A DNA stretch of 63,441 nucleotides, filler included, from Octopus bimaculoides (Eukaryota), in assembly GCF_001194135.2 (NCBI RefSeq). It is 5 parts of 5 records of this genome, joined end to end, with 100 filler letters (N's around TTAATTAATTAA, not from the genome) between each part and the next. Parts side by side here need not be neighbours in the genome. Positions count along the whole stretch, not along the records: positions 1 to 17,433 come from NC_069002.1; positions 17,534 to 37,164 come from NC_068992.1; 3 more parts are not named here. One strand, written 5' to 3'. A program made the translations under genes and the position numbers. The notes below the pieces were generated by a model. That model worked only from the letters and a program-made list of their open reading frames with translations, ran no database searches and had not been told where the DNA came from. Numbering within the stretch: position 1 is the stretch's first letter; each line of letters begins with the position of its first letter. Shown piece after piece: positions 12,904-25,049 of this stretch.

Positions 12904-13225
12904 CTCCGCTGGATGTGTAATGTCAGTATGCATACATGAAAGAGTGTAAGTGCCCTGAGAGAGAAGTTGGGCATAAGAAGCATCAGATGTGGTGTGCAAG
13001 AGAGACTATGGTCATGTGTTGTGTATGGATGAGGACAGCTGTGTGAAAAAGTGTCACACCCTAGCAGTAAAGGGAACCTGTGGAAGAGGTAGACCCAGGA
13101 AGACCTGAGATGACGCAATGACAAGTGACCAAGACCTTTGGAGATATGCTGTGCTTGAGAAGACCCGGCAAGCTAAGTGAGACCGTAACCATGGCCTACG
13201 CTAGTGCAGCATAACCAACCCATTT
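12900..13225 (+). mobile_element. RTE LINE 3' end fragment
   Basis: ATGCTCCGCTGGATGTGTAATGTCAGT...GCTAAGTGAGACC matches 18572-18940. Confidence 0.85.
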
Positions 13226-14015
13226 AAGAGTACCCTTCAATCATCCTTTAGTGCCCGTATTCCATACTGATATGGGTTGGACAGTTTGACCAGCCAGTCT
13301 GATTTGGCTTGGTTTCCATGGCTGGACGACTTTCCTAACACCAACAACTTTACACTGTGTGCTGGGTGCATTTAACGTACTACTGGCGCAAGTACTTTTA
13401 TGTGACACAGGTACAAGCGCTTTTTAAGTGGCACTGGTATGAGTCCTTTTTTACATGGCACCAGCACAGGACTCTTGCAGTCCAATCCTCCACACCAGGG
13501 GATGCAACCTTAACACTTCTGCTGCACATTATATGAATTTTGTTTACTCTCTTCAGTTATTTTATATTTTCATAGAAGGTGAAGACATAATGAATAAATG
13601 TGTTAAAAGTGATGTATGTATATGTAGTGTCGACAGTTGTGGAGGAGGCTCAGGTATTGAATTACTTGCTTAAGTAGGTCATACTTTCTGTTAGCATCTC
13701 TTATAATATTGTATATGACTGTAATAGTCCCTTATATTATTGGTTGCCTTGAATATCATCCAATGGCATGAAATTGGTATCAGAGAGCTTTTGAACTGAT
13801 GCCTCTATCTTTTAAAGTACACACTTCCAAAATGGGATTAGGTCAGTGGGACATTGTCAGCTCCCATCCCAATGAACCAAGTTTCTAAGATTGTAGTATA
13901 GGTTTGAGATTTTGGCTACTATTTCTAGGGGGTTGAGCAACCAGTAGAGGATTTCTTAATGAAAGAACAGTGTACAATTAATGAGTGTTTTCATAGCTTC
14001 AGTTTCTGAGTTCAG

Positions 14016-14132
14016 TCACTCATATGGGAATGGATCCATGGCAGGAGAGCTTTTAACTTTATTCCATTTCCATTTAGTTCTGGCACAATCATGCCAAAAG
14101 ATGGCTCCACATCAATGCCATATTTGGATGAA
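14016..14132 (+). CDS. Candidate internal exon, 117 nt, phase 0-0 (SLIWEWIHGRRAFNFIPFPFSSGTIMPKDGSTSMPYLDE), product unknown
   Basis: Acceptor tttctgagttcag and donor GAA|gtaagg with an open frame, in non-repetitive-looking sequence. The antisense frame is also open, so the strand is uncertain. Confidence 0.35.
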
Positions 14133-14457
14133 GTAAGGCTTGAGGCTGTTGCATTTGTGAGGCCCCCTCCTAATCCCTCGTTCTCACAACTAGAGTTATA
14201 TACACATATAAGGTGTACACACACACACACCTTAACTGGAGGACTCCTAGATTTTGAAACCCTAGGCTTTCACCTGCCAAGTCTTTGAGTAAATCCAGCA
14301 GTATTCCACACAAATGATGGGACCACTATTCTAAGTCAGATTATGTTGGAATTGACACTGCTTTATGGTAATTCTTTTAATCCCTAGGTCAATCGTGACA
14401 GCAGATGTCCCAGCCATATCTATATCATTTTCTTTTTCCCTTTTTTCCTTTACACAT

Positions 14458-14620
14458 AGGCACAGGTGTGGCTTTCTAGTAAGAAGCTTGCTTCCCAACC
14501 ACATGGTTCTGGGTTCAGTCCCACTGTGTGGTACCTTAGGAAACTGTCTTCTACTATAACCTTGGACTGACCAAAAACTTGTGAGTGAATTTGGTAGATG
14601 GAAACTGAAAGAAGCCTGTT
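14458..14620 (+). mobile_element. tRNA-derived SINE (GCATGGCTGTGTGGTAAGAAG family)
   Basis: GGGTTCAGTCCC B-box-like element and ...GGATTTGGTAGA.GGAAACTGAAAGAAG tail shared with 34840-35230 and 52790-52915. Confidence 0.8.
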
Positions 14621-14627
14621 ATATATG

Positions 14628-14662
<35 letters not shown>

Positions 14663-15689
14663 CGGAGATGCACTTGCATAGCAAGTGACCTGATCTGAGA
14701 TCGTGTGCTGGAACGAAAACAATTGCAGCGTGGAAGGTGTTTATAAGCCATTTATATATATATATATATATATATANNNNNNNNNNNNNNNNNNNNNNNN
14801 NNNNNNNNNNNNNNNNNNNNNNNNNNNNNNNNNNNNNNNNNNNNNNNNNNNNNNNNNNNNNNNNNNNNNNNNNNNNNNNNNNNNNNNNNNNNNNNNNNNN
14901 NNNNNNNNNNNNNNNNNNNNNNNNNNNNNNNNNNNNNNNNNNNNNNNNNNNNNNNNNNNNNNNNNNNNNNNNNNNNNNNNNNNNNNNNNNNNNNNNNNNN
15001 NNNNNNNNNNNNNNNNNNNNNNNNNNNNNNNNNNNNNNNNNNNNNNNNNNNNNNNNNNNNNNNNNNNNNNNNNNNNNNNNNNNNNNNNNNNNNNNNNNNN
15101 NNNNNNNNNNNNNNNNNNNNNNNNNNNNNNNNNNNNNNNNNNNNNNNNNNNNNNNNNNNNNNNNNNNNNNNNNNNNNNNNNNNNNNNNNNNNNNNNNNNN
15201 NNNNNNNNNNNNNNNNNNNNNNNNNNNNNNNNNNNNNNNNNNNNNNNNNNNNNNNNNNNNNNNNNNNNNNNNNNNNNNNNNNNNNNNNNNNNNNNNNNNN
15301 NNNNNNNNNNNNNNNNNNNNNNNNNNNNNNNNNNNNNNNNNNNNNNNNNNNNNNNNNNNNNNNNNNNNNNNNNNNNNNNNNNNNNNNNNNNNNNNNNNNN
15401 NNNNNNNNNNNNNNNNNNNNNNNNNNNNNNNNNNNNNNNNNNNNNNNNNNNNNNNNNNNNNNNNNNNNNNNNNNNNNNNNNNNNNNNNNNNNNNNNNNNN
15501 NNNNNNNNNNNNNNNNNNNNNNNNNNNNNNNNNNNNNNNNNNNNNNNNNNNNNNNNNNNNNNNNNNNNNNNNNNNNNNNNNNNNNNNNNNNNNNNNNNNN
15601 NNNNNNNNNNNNNNNNNNNNNNNNNNNNNNNNNNNNNNNNNNNNNNNNNNNNNNNNNNNNNNNNNNNNNNNNNNNNNNNNNNNNNCCAC

Positions 15690-16330
15690 TTAAAAATTCC
15701 TTTCAAATACCCTGCCAGTCCGATGATTATTGATTGGGGTCGATTATGTCTAAAAAAAAAAAAATACTGTTATTTGTCATGAATATATAATGTGTGTGAG
15801 GTTTTGTGGTTTTCTTCTCTAGTATAGCCTGCTACTGAATAATTCACAAGTTATTGAAGAGAGAGAGAGAGAATTCCCCTTCTTCGGGTTTGTTTCTAGC
15901 TCTCTTTTTTATGTGGTGTCCTCCTCAGCAAGCAGCTAGAATAACCCAACCTAGTTTATTTACAGTTGTATAACCGGACTCTTGTTATGAAGCAGCATCA
16001 GGCAGTCAGTCAGGCAGAGCAGTAGACCTCACAGTCAATCAATCAGACAGACAGGTGGTTACCCGAGATTGTGTGGCTTTAAAATAGCTAATCTTAATTC
16101 GTGTTTTCCGTTTTTGTTATTGTTTCTGATTTTGTCCTCCTCCTCCTCCTCCTCCTCCTCCTCCTACTGGAAATCAATCCATAGAGAGGAGGACATAATT
16201 TCGACAGGTGTTGGTTGCAGTGGTAGTCGTAGTAGTAGTAGTAGTAATAGTCTCTGCTCGATAATTGTACAAAAACTTATCGTCTTTAATATGAGATTTT
16301 TTGCAATGCTAATTACACACACACGCGTAT
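15690..16330. promoter_or_regulatory. CpG-retaining island with 5'UTR-like microsatellites, possible promoter or first exon
   Basis: Many CG dinucleotides in unique sequence inside an otherwise CpG-poor domain, with (GA)n, (CAGT)n, (TCC)n and (TAG)n tracts. Orientation unresolved. Confidence 0.35.
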
Positions 16331-16789
16331 ATATATGGTTACTGGAAATGTGCAGATTGAGTATGTGAATATTGATATCAGTGTGTTTATAAATTTAATA
16401 ATGAGAATAATTTCTATATTAGCCACAAGGGCACAAAACATCAGGGCAACCAATCCAAAAGAAAAGATACTAAAACTGAAACAAGAAACCATGAAAGTCT
16501 TACATTGAATAAAAAGGGTGATAAATAACAATAACGATATGTAACAGTACCAATATGATGGAGGGGCCCTTTTTTTTTGCAGTCTGAAAGTCAAATTAAG
16601 CATTTTAATGCATCCTATGTGTGGATATATGTATTTATGTATATATTTATGTATATATATATGTGTGTATGAGTATGTGGTCTGGTCAATAAGTATCCAG
16701 GCTGTTGTCATAGTAACAAAGCTAAAGCACGCAGAGTGAAACCACTTGGCACAGACTGACCTTGACCTCTGCTGTGCATGTGCATTAAC

Positions 16790-17433
16790 TTTTAACGTTG
16801 CAGCTCGCTTCTGCTGTTTACAGCAGTGCTTCGAAGTAACACGTGTAACGTGCAATCATCACATTGACCGTGACAGAGAACGTTGTCATGGTGATACCTG
16901 CTCAGAGGCCTTTGCAAAGTTGCAGAAAGTGTATGGAGAGGAGTGTATGAGCTGCACGCAAGTGTACAAGTGGTTCAGATGTTTCAAAGATGGCCAAGAA
17001 ATGTCGATATTGAGAAATGTTCTGGGAGACCCGCAACCAGCAGAACTGAGGAAAACATTGCAGATGTGCATATTGCTCTGAGGGAAATCATCAAATCACC
17101 ATCCGTGAGTTATCATAGGATGTGCAGATTAGTTATGGTTCAATTCAGTCCATTATCACTGAAGATTTGGGTATGAGACGTGTGTCTGCCAAGTTTGTGC
17201 CAAAAACTGCTTTCAGCTGACCAAAAAGACACTCAGGTTTCAGTTGTAAAAATCATCTTGATTGTGTCAAGAACAATGAAAACTTTTTGAAAACTTTGTG
17301 TAGGCCTCTGAGCCTATAGGTATTGCCAAGCTTTTGGCAAAATTTGATGCAGATTCTCTGCTCAACTTTCTCTGTCATGGTCAATGCAATGAACACATGC
17401 TACACACATTACTTCCAAGCACTACTGCAAACA
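16790..17433 (+). mobile_element. mariner-like transposase N-terminal region (decayed)
   Basis: GDTCSEAFAKLQKVYGEECMSCTQVYKWFRCFKDG, then SGRPATSRTEENIADV and MRRVSAKFVPK, typical of the mariner HTH region and linker. Confidence 0.85.
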
Positions 17434-17654
17434 NNNNNNNNNNNNNNNNNNNNNNNNNNNNNNNNNNNNNNNNNNNNTTAATTAATTAANNNNNNNNNNN
17501 NNNNNNNNNNNNNNNNNNNNNNNNNNNNNNNNNTATATATATATGTATATATAAAACTATATAAATTGTTAAATAATTAATACCAGTGGTTAGCATGTGT
17601 AATAAAATTCAGAAGACAAATATTTTTATAATATATCTATATATATATTTACAC

Positions 17655-18960
17655 AGTCATGGAGAGGGTCATAGCCCAACTAATTAGGGATAGAGTCAGT
17701 TTAGATGTGAGGCAGTTTGGGTTTGTGCCAGGTAATAGCACCACTGATGCTATATTTCTGGTAAGACAGCTGCATCAGAAATACCTAGCCAAAGATAAAC
17801 CTCAGTAACTGGCTTTCGTTGACATGGAGAAAGCCTTATCTAGTGTTCAATGAGGAAACTAAGGATAGATGAATGGTTAGTGAGAGCTGTGTGAGCCATG
17901 TACAGGGTCACTATCAGTAAGGTAAGGGTTGGCAACGAGTACAGTGAAGAATTCCGGGTAGAGGNNNNNNNNNNNNNNNNNNNNNNNNNNNNNNNNNNNN
18001 NNNNNNNNNNNNNNNNNNNNNNNNNNNNNNNNNNNNNNNNNNNNNNNNNNNNNNNNNNNNNNNNNNNNNNNNNNNNNNNNNNNNNNNNNNNNNNNNNNNN
18101 NNNNNNNNNNNNNNNNNNNNNNNNNNNNNNNNNNNNNNNNNNNNNNNNNNNNNNNNNNNNNNNNNNNNNNNNNNNNNNNNNNNNNNNNNNNNNNNNNNNN
18201 NNNNNNNNNNNNNNNNNNNNNNNNNNNNNNNNNNNNNNNNNNNNNNNNNNNNNNNNNNNNNNNNNNNNNNNNNNNNNNNNNNNNNNNNNTGCCACACTCC
18301 AGGGAGAAAAACTAGAAGTAGTTGATAGCTTCCATTACCTAGGTGACCAAGTCAGTAACGAGGGAGGGTGCGCTGAAAGTGTAGCTGCTAGAATAAGAAT
18401 AGCCTGGGCAAAGTTCAGAGAGCTCTTACTTCTGCTGATGACAAAGGGCCTCTCGCTTAGAGTAAAAGGCAGACTGTAAGACGCATGTGTTTGAACAGCC
18501 ATGCTACATGGCAGTGAAACATGGGCCGTGACTGCTGAGGACATGCGTAAGCTCACAAGGAATGAAGCCAGTATGCTCCGTTGGATGTGTAATGTCAGTG
18601 TGCATACTCAACAGAACATTAGTACCTTGAGAGAAAAGTTGAACCTAAGAAGCATCAGTTGTGGTGTGGAAGGTGTGCATTGTGCTAGTATGGTCATGTG
18701 GTGAGAATGGATGTGGATAGCTGTGTAAAAAAGTGCCACACCCTAGCAGTTGAGGGAACCTGTGGAAGAGGTAGAACCAGGAAAATCTGGGATGAGGTAG
18801 AACCAGGAAGATCTGGGATGAGGTGGTGAAGCATGACCTTCGAACATTAGGTCTCACCGAGTCAATGACTTGTGACCAAGACCTTTGGAAATATGCAGTG
18901 CATGAGAAGACCTGGCAAGCCAAGTGAGACCATAATCCAAGGCCTCTGCCAGGGGTATAG
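17655..18960 (+). mobile_element. RTE LINE 3' portion spanning an N gap
   Basis: QFGFVPG.STTDAIFLVRQL, LEVVDSFHYLGDQ...RIRIAWAKFRELL, MLHGSETWAV. Confidence 0.9.
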
Positions 18961-19099
18961 CCAGCCCACTTATGCATACCTTTCCTTCATTGGACATTAA
19001 AGTCCGTTTGCAAAGAGCTGTTGAGGCAAATGAAATCGATCCAAATTCGACAACTGGCACCCATGCCAATGTCTTCATTGAACACTAAACTTAGTATGT

Positions 19100-19400
19100 G
19101 TAAAGCTCACCGCTTTTCAATTCCTTGTTACAAAACCTCAGACATGCAAAATTGCAGTTGTGAATATACTGAAAAAAAACCACAAACTTCTGTTTGAGAT
19201 ACCAGATGAACTACATCACAACATGTAAAACATGAAAATTCTTGTGAAAAATGACCGTTAAACAGGAATTTTCAATGGCTGGATAACTGAAGAGATGTTG
19301 GCATGGGTTACCACTCCAGCATCCGAAACTCGGAGTTTTATCATGGCTACCGAATAAGTGTCACATATTTTTACAGATAAATTCCTCTATTTATATAATA
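19100..19400 (+). mobile_element. Probable Penelope-like element 3' end (decayed GIY-YIG tail plus pLTR)
   Basis: Decayed translation (ILKKNHKLL...; CK..HENS) loosely resembles PLE C-termini and is immediately followed by a hammerhead motif. Confidence 0.4.
19282..19342 (+). ncRNA. Type I hammerhead ribozyme motif
   Basis: Stem I GATAA/TTATC, CTGAAGA, stem II GATGTTGG/CCAGCATC with one extra C, GAA, near-palindromic stem III ACTC-G-GAGT, cleavage after GUU. Confidence 0.65.
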
Positions 19401-19434
19401 TCGACGTCTCTCTTTCTTTTGTTGTCGTTCCTAT

Positions 19435-19478
<44 letters not shown>

Positions 19479-21429
19479 ATGATGATGATGATATATATAT
19501 ATAAACATATACACCTGCAATGATGAACTCCTGGTTACAGTATACATAAAAATGTATAGAAGTTTACATTTGGATTAAACCAGTTTCTTTGGAACCTGAC
19601 TGTGATTAAACAAGAGCACAACTATAACATTGGAAATTACTCCAGATTCTGGTAGTTCTAAAGATAGACCTAAACAAAAAGGAATAAGAATAACTTTGTT
19701 TTGTTAAAGTATACTAAAATATTTATTTCCCACTTATCACATGATCTTGCTGTGAAAAATAAGAAACCTTTCATGTGTGTACACACACACACACATGCAG
19801 ATGTGTGTGTGTGTGTGTGTATCAAATAATTCAAAACCATTTTCAGCAATGTTTTCTAAAGAATGTGATGATTTATGTAATATTTGTGTAATTTAATCAA
19901 CAGAATAATAAATAGAATTATGATTATATCTAATCATATTTTCACACAATAAAACCATATTGAAAGGAAAATCATGTTGCACTAGATACTATCTTTGGGT
20001 CTTTCAAAATTGTTTGCTAAACTACTTGGCTTATCTTCGGTTTTAACATATGTTTATCATGGCCTCCGCCCATTACAGTTTGCTGTATATAGTTGCAATT
20101 TCTACTCATACAATTAGATCATAGATAATAATTTCTTAGGGAGATAAGTCTTGAAAAGAGAGTTTACTCAATATTGGATCAGTGACAATTATTAATTCTA
20201 ACATGACAAAGGTGGGTATTGCAAAGCCAGAATAGCTTTTGTTGAATGAGATATGAAAATGGGATTATTAGATATTTATGACACTTCCTAATGAGAAATA
20301 TAATTAGATGTCCACTCTTACGTACCAAGAGATAATCAGCAATATAAGCATTTCCATAACATATACACATGAACAATTCAGATTCTTTCTGTAAGGAAGA
20401 GATACGTCGTGATATTATGATTATCTTATCAAGTGCATATAATAGAGGTGTTTAGTTTGGTGAGAGGCTGGGAACAAAAGTTTGTACAATGCTTCAAGAA
20501 GATACAGCACAAATAAACAAGTGGTTAAGAAGGTCTCTCTGCAAAATGGGTTTCTGTTTCGATTTTAATACCCAGAACCATGGGCAACTGACTTCTGCTG
20601 TATTCTTGAGTTGGTCAATAGCTTGTAAATAAAGCTTAGTAGCAATGAATATACTTAAGGTCATTCTACAAATAGCAGACCAAAGCAGGGCTGCAATGCC
20701 AAAAACAGTGGACGATAACAACAGTAACACACCCTAACCAACTAACCCAAAGAAACATTATGGCAGCTATTAATGTTCCTGATCCAACAAGTCTCATATA
20801 AACTTTGAGCTATCTCAAAGTAAACATCTTTTCTCTGTCATTCATAGTAGCAAAAACATTTATTGCATTAAAAACCTCAGCAGAATGTGTCTTCTGATAC
20901 CAAATCACAGCACCATTTATGCACACACAAAAACTTATTACTAAATCTATCTATCTAGTGTGTGTGTGTGTGTTTGTGTCCATTTTCTTGTAGCTTCAGA
21001 AGTTGTTGAGTATATAAGCAGATAGCTTGTTTCTCAGGAATTAGTCAAGTTGATGTAGATTCCTTTGATGAGAATCTAGTAAGATTAAAAAATCAATAAA
21101 GGTTGTTCACTACTTTTTTAGTCAATAGAGAAACAGCTAAATTAGCCCTGTTTATAAATATGTAGGTTATATATATCGTATAAAAGGATAAAGTTCCTTA
21201 CAAAGTCATAGATCCAGTTTCCCATTTTTCATGGCACATACATTTTCTACTGGATGGGACACCAGTCTGTCACAGGATTACTCATTTTTGCCAGCTGAAT
21301 AAACTGGAATAACATGAAGTGGAGTGTTTTGTTTGAGAACACAATGTGTTGCCCATTCAAGGAACTGAAACTACAAACTTATGATCCTGAGTCAGTGGCA
21401 TTGATCTGAAACCTACCGATAGACATTCA

Positions 21430-22080
21430 GTCAGATAACCCAAATGAACTACCATAATTTCGTCTGATGGGTCTATTACATGACCAATCAGTCTGAGGCA
21501 GAAGCAGGATATGGTCTTCTTGATGTTCTTCAGGTCTCCTTTAAAAAATCATTTTGGCATTCAGTTTATCACAGAATGTTGAAGGTGGCTGACTAACTCA
21601 AGTCTCCCCACACACTTGCCATGGAGACAGTTCTGGATATTTGCACAGAAATCTCCAGGTTCTTAGATAGACCATTCTGAACATTCACATAACATCTCAT
21701 AAGCAACTTCTACAGATGTGCCATAGCTTTTGTCTCTTCCCCAGCCAGCAATTATTAATATTAGTCATTGTAAATAGCCAATACCAAATATTTTTATGTC
21801 CATCAAAGCAGATTTCAGTTAAATATTTGCAGGTTTGTTTCAGTTATCCTTCATGCAACCAGCAAAATATGTTCTCATTTCCTTGCTACTAGAGCAGCGG
21901 CATACAACCCGTGGCATTGGTGGCCCTCAACTCAAGAAATAGCCAGTAAAATCACAAAAATGGTGACAAGTTCATCTTTTCAATATTTGGTAATTTTCAC
22001 CTCAAGAAAAAGCCAACAAATGCTGCAACAATAGACCTGACTCATCAATCTCATGTAAATTAACTTGTCACCATTATGAA
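21430..22080 (-). pseudogene. LINE AP-endonuclease relic (CR1/L2-like), copy 1
   Basis: Ordered motifs LILIIAG..R and PGDFCANI (GDFNA-like), with FN.LQL and D-W clearer in copy 2. Aligns with 23215-23950. Confidence 0.45.
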
Positions 22081-23214
22081 CAAAGTGAATATCCAAGGGG
22101 ACGGAGCCCCACCTCTTCAAGCTATATAACATTATAAGTCTATTAGCATGACTATTAATGGCTTAAATTATTTTTGTCCACTCGAAATAACAGCTAAAAC
22201 CAACTTACAAATTCTAGGAAAATCATGTCTTCTTTCAAATGTGTGATTTAGGAGTGAATTTTATCCAGAAACTTCCTGATTTCACTGTAACAACTGGTAT
22301 TTAATCTTTTCATATCCTTTCATTTGACTGATTCCAATTAATTTACATTTTAAACATGGCAACTTTATATGGTATCATGGATATTTCGCTTTTCAATACA
22401 TTTAAGGCAGATGTTTATCCTCCTACTTTTGTCTCTTTTATTTCCTTTGAACTGGCAATTTTTTGTAAAATTGACTAGAGACAGAATTCAAGCTATGCAG
22501 ACTCATGCAATGACAATGGCCTCGTTATTCTGCATGCTTAAGTTCTTGTAGCCAATAGTCTTAAAGAAATCATTCGTCCATTGCATGCAACTATGTTCTT
22601 TCAAGTTATCTGCTCAAATACAGGAAATCAGCAGTTTGCATTTACACCATCCCTTCGAAGGAAGAATCTTCATCATGTATGCTGATCTTCAGCCAATAGT
22701 CTATGTATTATACTCCAACACGAATTAATACTACACAAGAAACATCAAACAGTTTAATGAAATTTCACAGTTTACTGTGAATATAGGTTATATAAAAGGA
22801 GCTGAGAATTTCTGCAGCAGAAGCACTACACCTTTTATATATCAATATTTTGCATTCTGGATACACTCAGACATATTTTCTACACAAAAAAAAAAATTTT
22901 CGTTATACAGTATCCCCTGCCCCTAAAAAGAAACAGAACTGTAGAACTTTGCATATCTTACGAGCTTATTATTGTTATATAGACATTTTCCAGCATTTAT
23001 TTTATGTTCAATGCATGTCTTACTTATACTTGTTCTTTTTTGCATTTGCATTGCTCTATTGTATTTTTATGCAAATTTATTGTTTTGTTCTTTTGACTTT
23101 CATGTAAGAAACTGTCAAGAGAAGATTTATAGTAGTGGTTCAAAATTTAACCATTAGATAATCTGTCAGACACTACAAGCAAACCCCCATAGTTTCACAT
23201 GAGCGGTCTTTTAA

Positions 23215-23950
23215 GCTCCCAATCAGTGTGAGGCTGTGGGGTGATATTGTTTTCTTTGATGTTCTTCTGGACCCCTATATGGCACTTAGTTAACTGCAGA
23301 GTGTTGAAGGTGGTTGATTGACTCAAGTCTCCATTCTTGCTACATAAACAATTCTAGACGTTTGCCGAGACATCTCCAGGTACTGAACACAATGTCTCAA
23401 AAGAAACATCTTTGGAGACAGCAAGGTTTTTCTCTCTTTCCAAGCCAGCAATTATTAATATTGGTCAGTGTGAATAGCCAACACCAAATATATTTGTGTC
23501 TGGTAATAGACCAAGGTGCATGGCTCAGTGGTTAGAGTGTCGAGCTTACGATCGTGAGGTTGTGAATTCGAATCCTGGACCGGGCTGCATGTTGTGTTCT
23601 TGAGCAAGACACTTCATTTCACGTTGCTCCAGTTCACTCAGCTGTAGAAATGAGTTGCGACATCACAAGTGCCATGTTGTATCGGCCTTTGCCTTTCCCT
23701 TGGATAACCTGGTGGTGTGGACAGTAGGCTGGTATGCATGGGCGACTGCTGGTCTTCCATAAACAACCTTGCCTGGACTTGTGCCTCGGAGGGTAACTTT
23801 CTAGGGGGCAATCCCATGGTCAGTCATGACTTAAGGGGGTCTCTATTGGTAATAGATATTTCAGTTAAATGTTTGTGGGTTGGCTTCAGTTATATTTCAT
23901 GCAGCCTGTGAAATATATCTTCATTTCTCCACTACTTAAGCAGTAAGCAT
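23215..23950 (-). pseudogene. LINE AP-endonuclease relic, copy 2, interrupted by a SINE
   Basis: PILIIAGLER...PGDVSANV...TTFNTLQL...HTDW. Nucleotide alignment to 21480-21900 resumes after the SINE. Confidence 0.45.
23511..23846 (+). mobile_element. Full-length tRNA/CORE-like SINE with a 10-bp target-site duplication
   Basis: A box TGGCTCAGTGG and B box ATTCGAATCC. TGGTAATAGA occurs at both 23501-23510 and 23847-23856. Confidence 0.9.
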
Positions 23951-25049
23951 CCAGCAACAAATCCAACACCCAAACCACTAAGCCAACACCCAACCACTCC
24001 ACACACACACACACACACACACACATAGTGTGTGTGTATGTATGTATGCACAAAAATTGAGATATTGTGAGTTGAGAGACAGGAAAGAGCATGTGAGAGA
24101 GGGAAATAATAAAGAGAAGAATATACCTATGTAAAAGATTAAATAATTCTAAAATATATTATCATAATCAAGCTCTTTCAAAGTAAGTTACTTCATATTC
24201 CAATGCACATAATTACATATCAGTTATATATGTGTGAAGACTGGCAGTTAGCCTTCAGTTAAGATATTGTAGTTTACTGAAACATTATGTAGCAAGAGTG
24301 GCAAAGCTATGAACATTAGAAATGTAAATTTGTTACAAAGAAACTTGGCAACAAGGGAAGATAGCATTAGATATTCGAAGAAAGATATATATTTTCACAA
24401 ATGCTAATATTTAAATTATGTGCCATAATTATCTATTTAAACTTTGTACTTTGCAAACAAATGTTCCTTTCTTGATTCTTGTTCTATTGTATTTTCTGAA
24501 CATCTATTTAACAGTGTAACAAGACTTGAAACCATCTACCAAATCCACTCACAAGGCTTTGATCAGTTTGAGACTATATTTGAGGACACTTGCCCAACAT
24601 GCCACACAGTGGGACTGAACCTGAAACCATGTGGTCGGGAAACCAACTTCTTACCACACAGCCACATCTGTGCTTATAAAGCTTATCTGTACAGCAACCA
24701 GCCAATTCAATTTCGTATGTCTCATCTCTTGTCTTAGTGTGAAGTAACATGCTGTTTAACTCCACACACACTCTTGCAGTTACAATAGTTATTTTCATGG
24801 TGCCTACTCAACCTTGATATGTCATTATAGTTGGCCAATATGAATCCAATGTGTATATTTTGCCCCTGTCTTGGCAAGCTTAAGTATATAGTTTTTGTAA
24901 TAAACTATCTGTGAATGCAACAGAATTATCCTTTCTATTGTGCTGATTTGTTGTTGCAACTTTCTAATTCATGACCAACCTGAAAAATTAGTTGTACAAC
25001 AAAATAAATCAATTTAATTTATCACAAGTGCTGTGCATTCATTACTCAT

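Noticed and set aside
14619-15782. Long 'ORFs' of X (also 17.8-18.5, 56.9-57.6, 58.9-59.9 and 61.4-62.1 kb)
   Set aside because: Artefacts of translating N gaps and microsatellites.
17478-17489. TTAATTAATTAA islands inside N runs (also 37209, 45732, 60630)
   Set aside because: Each is centred in a 44N+12+44N block and gives stops in all six frames, so it is an assembly spacer, not biology.
20449-20632. Plus frame ...QINKWLRRSLCKMGFCFDFN... faintly like a class I aminoacyl-tRNA synthetase segment
   Set aside because: Similarity is superficial, there is no usable donor, and the frame ends in a stop.
21721-21810. KNIWYWLFTMTNINNCWL reading resembling a piggyBac C-terminal motif
   Set aside because: Only one short motif fits. 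The alternative frame gives several ordered AP-endonuclease motifs, which fit better.
23511-23590. tRNA-like sequences at SINE heads
   Set aside because: They continue into SINE bodies and lack a complete cloverleaf and terminator, so they are not tRNA genes.
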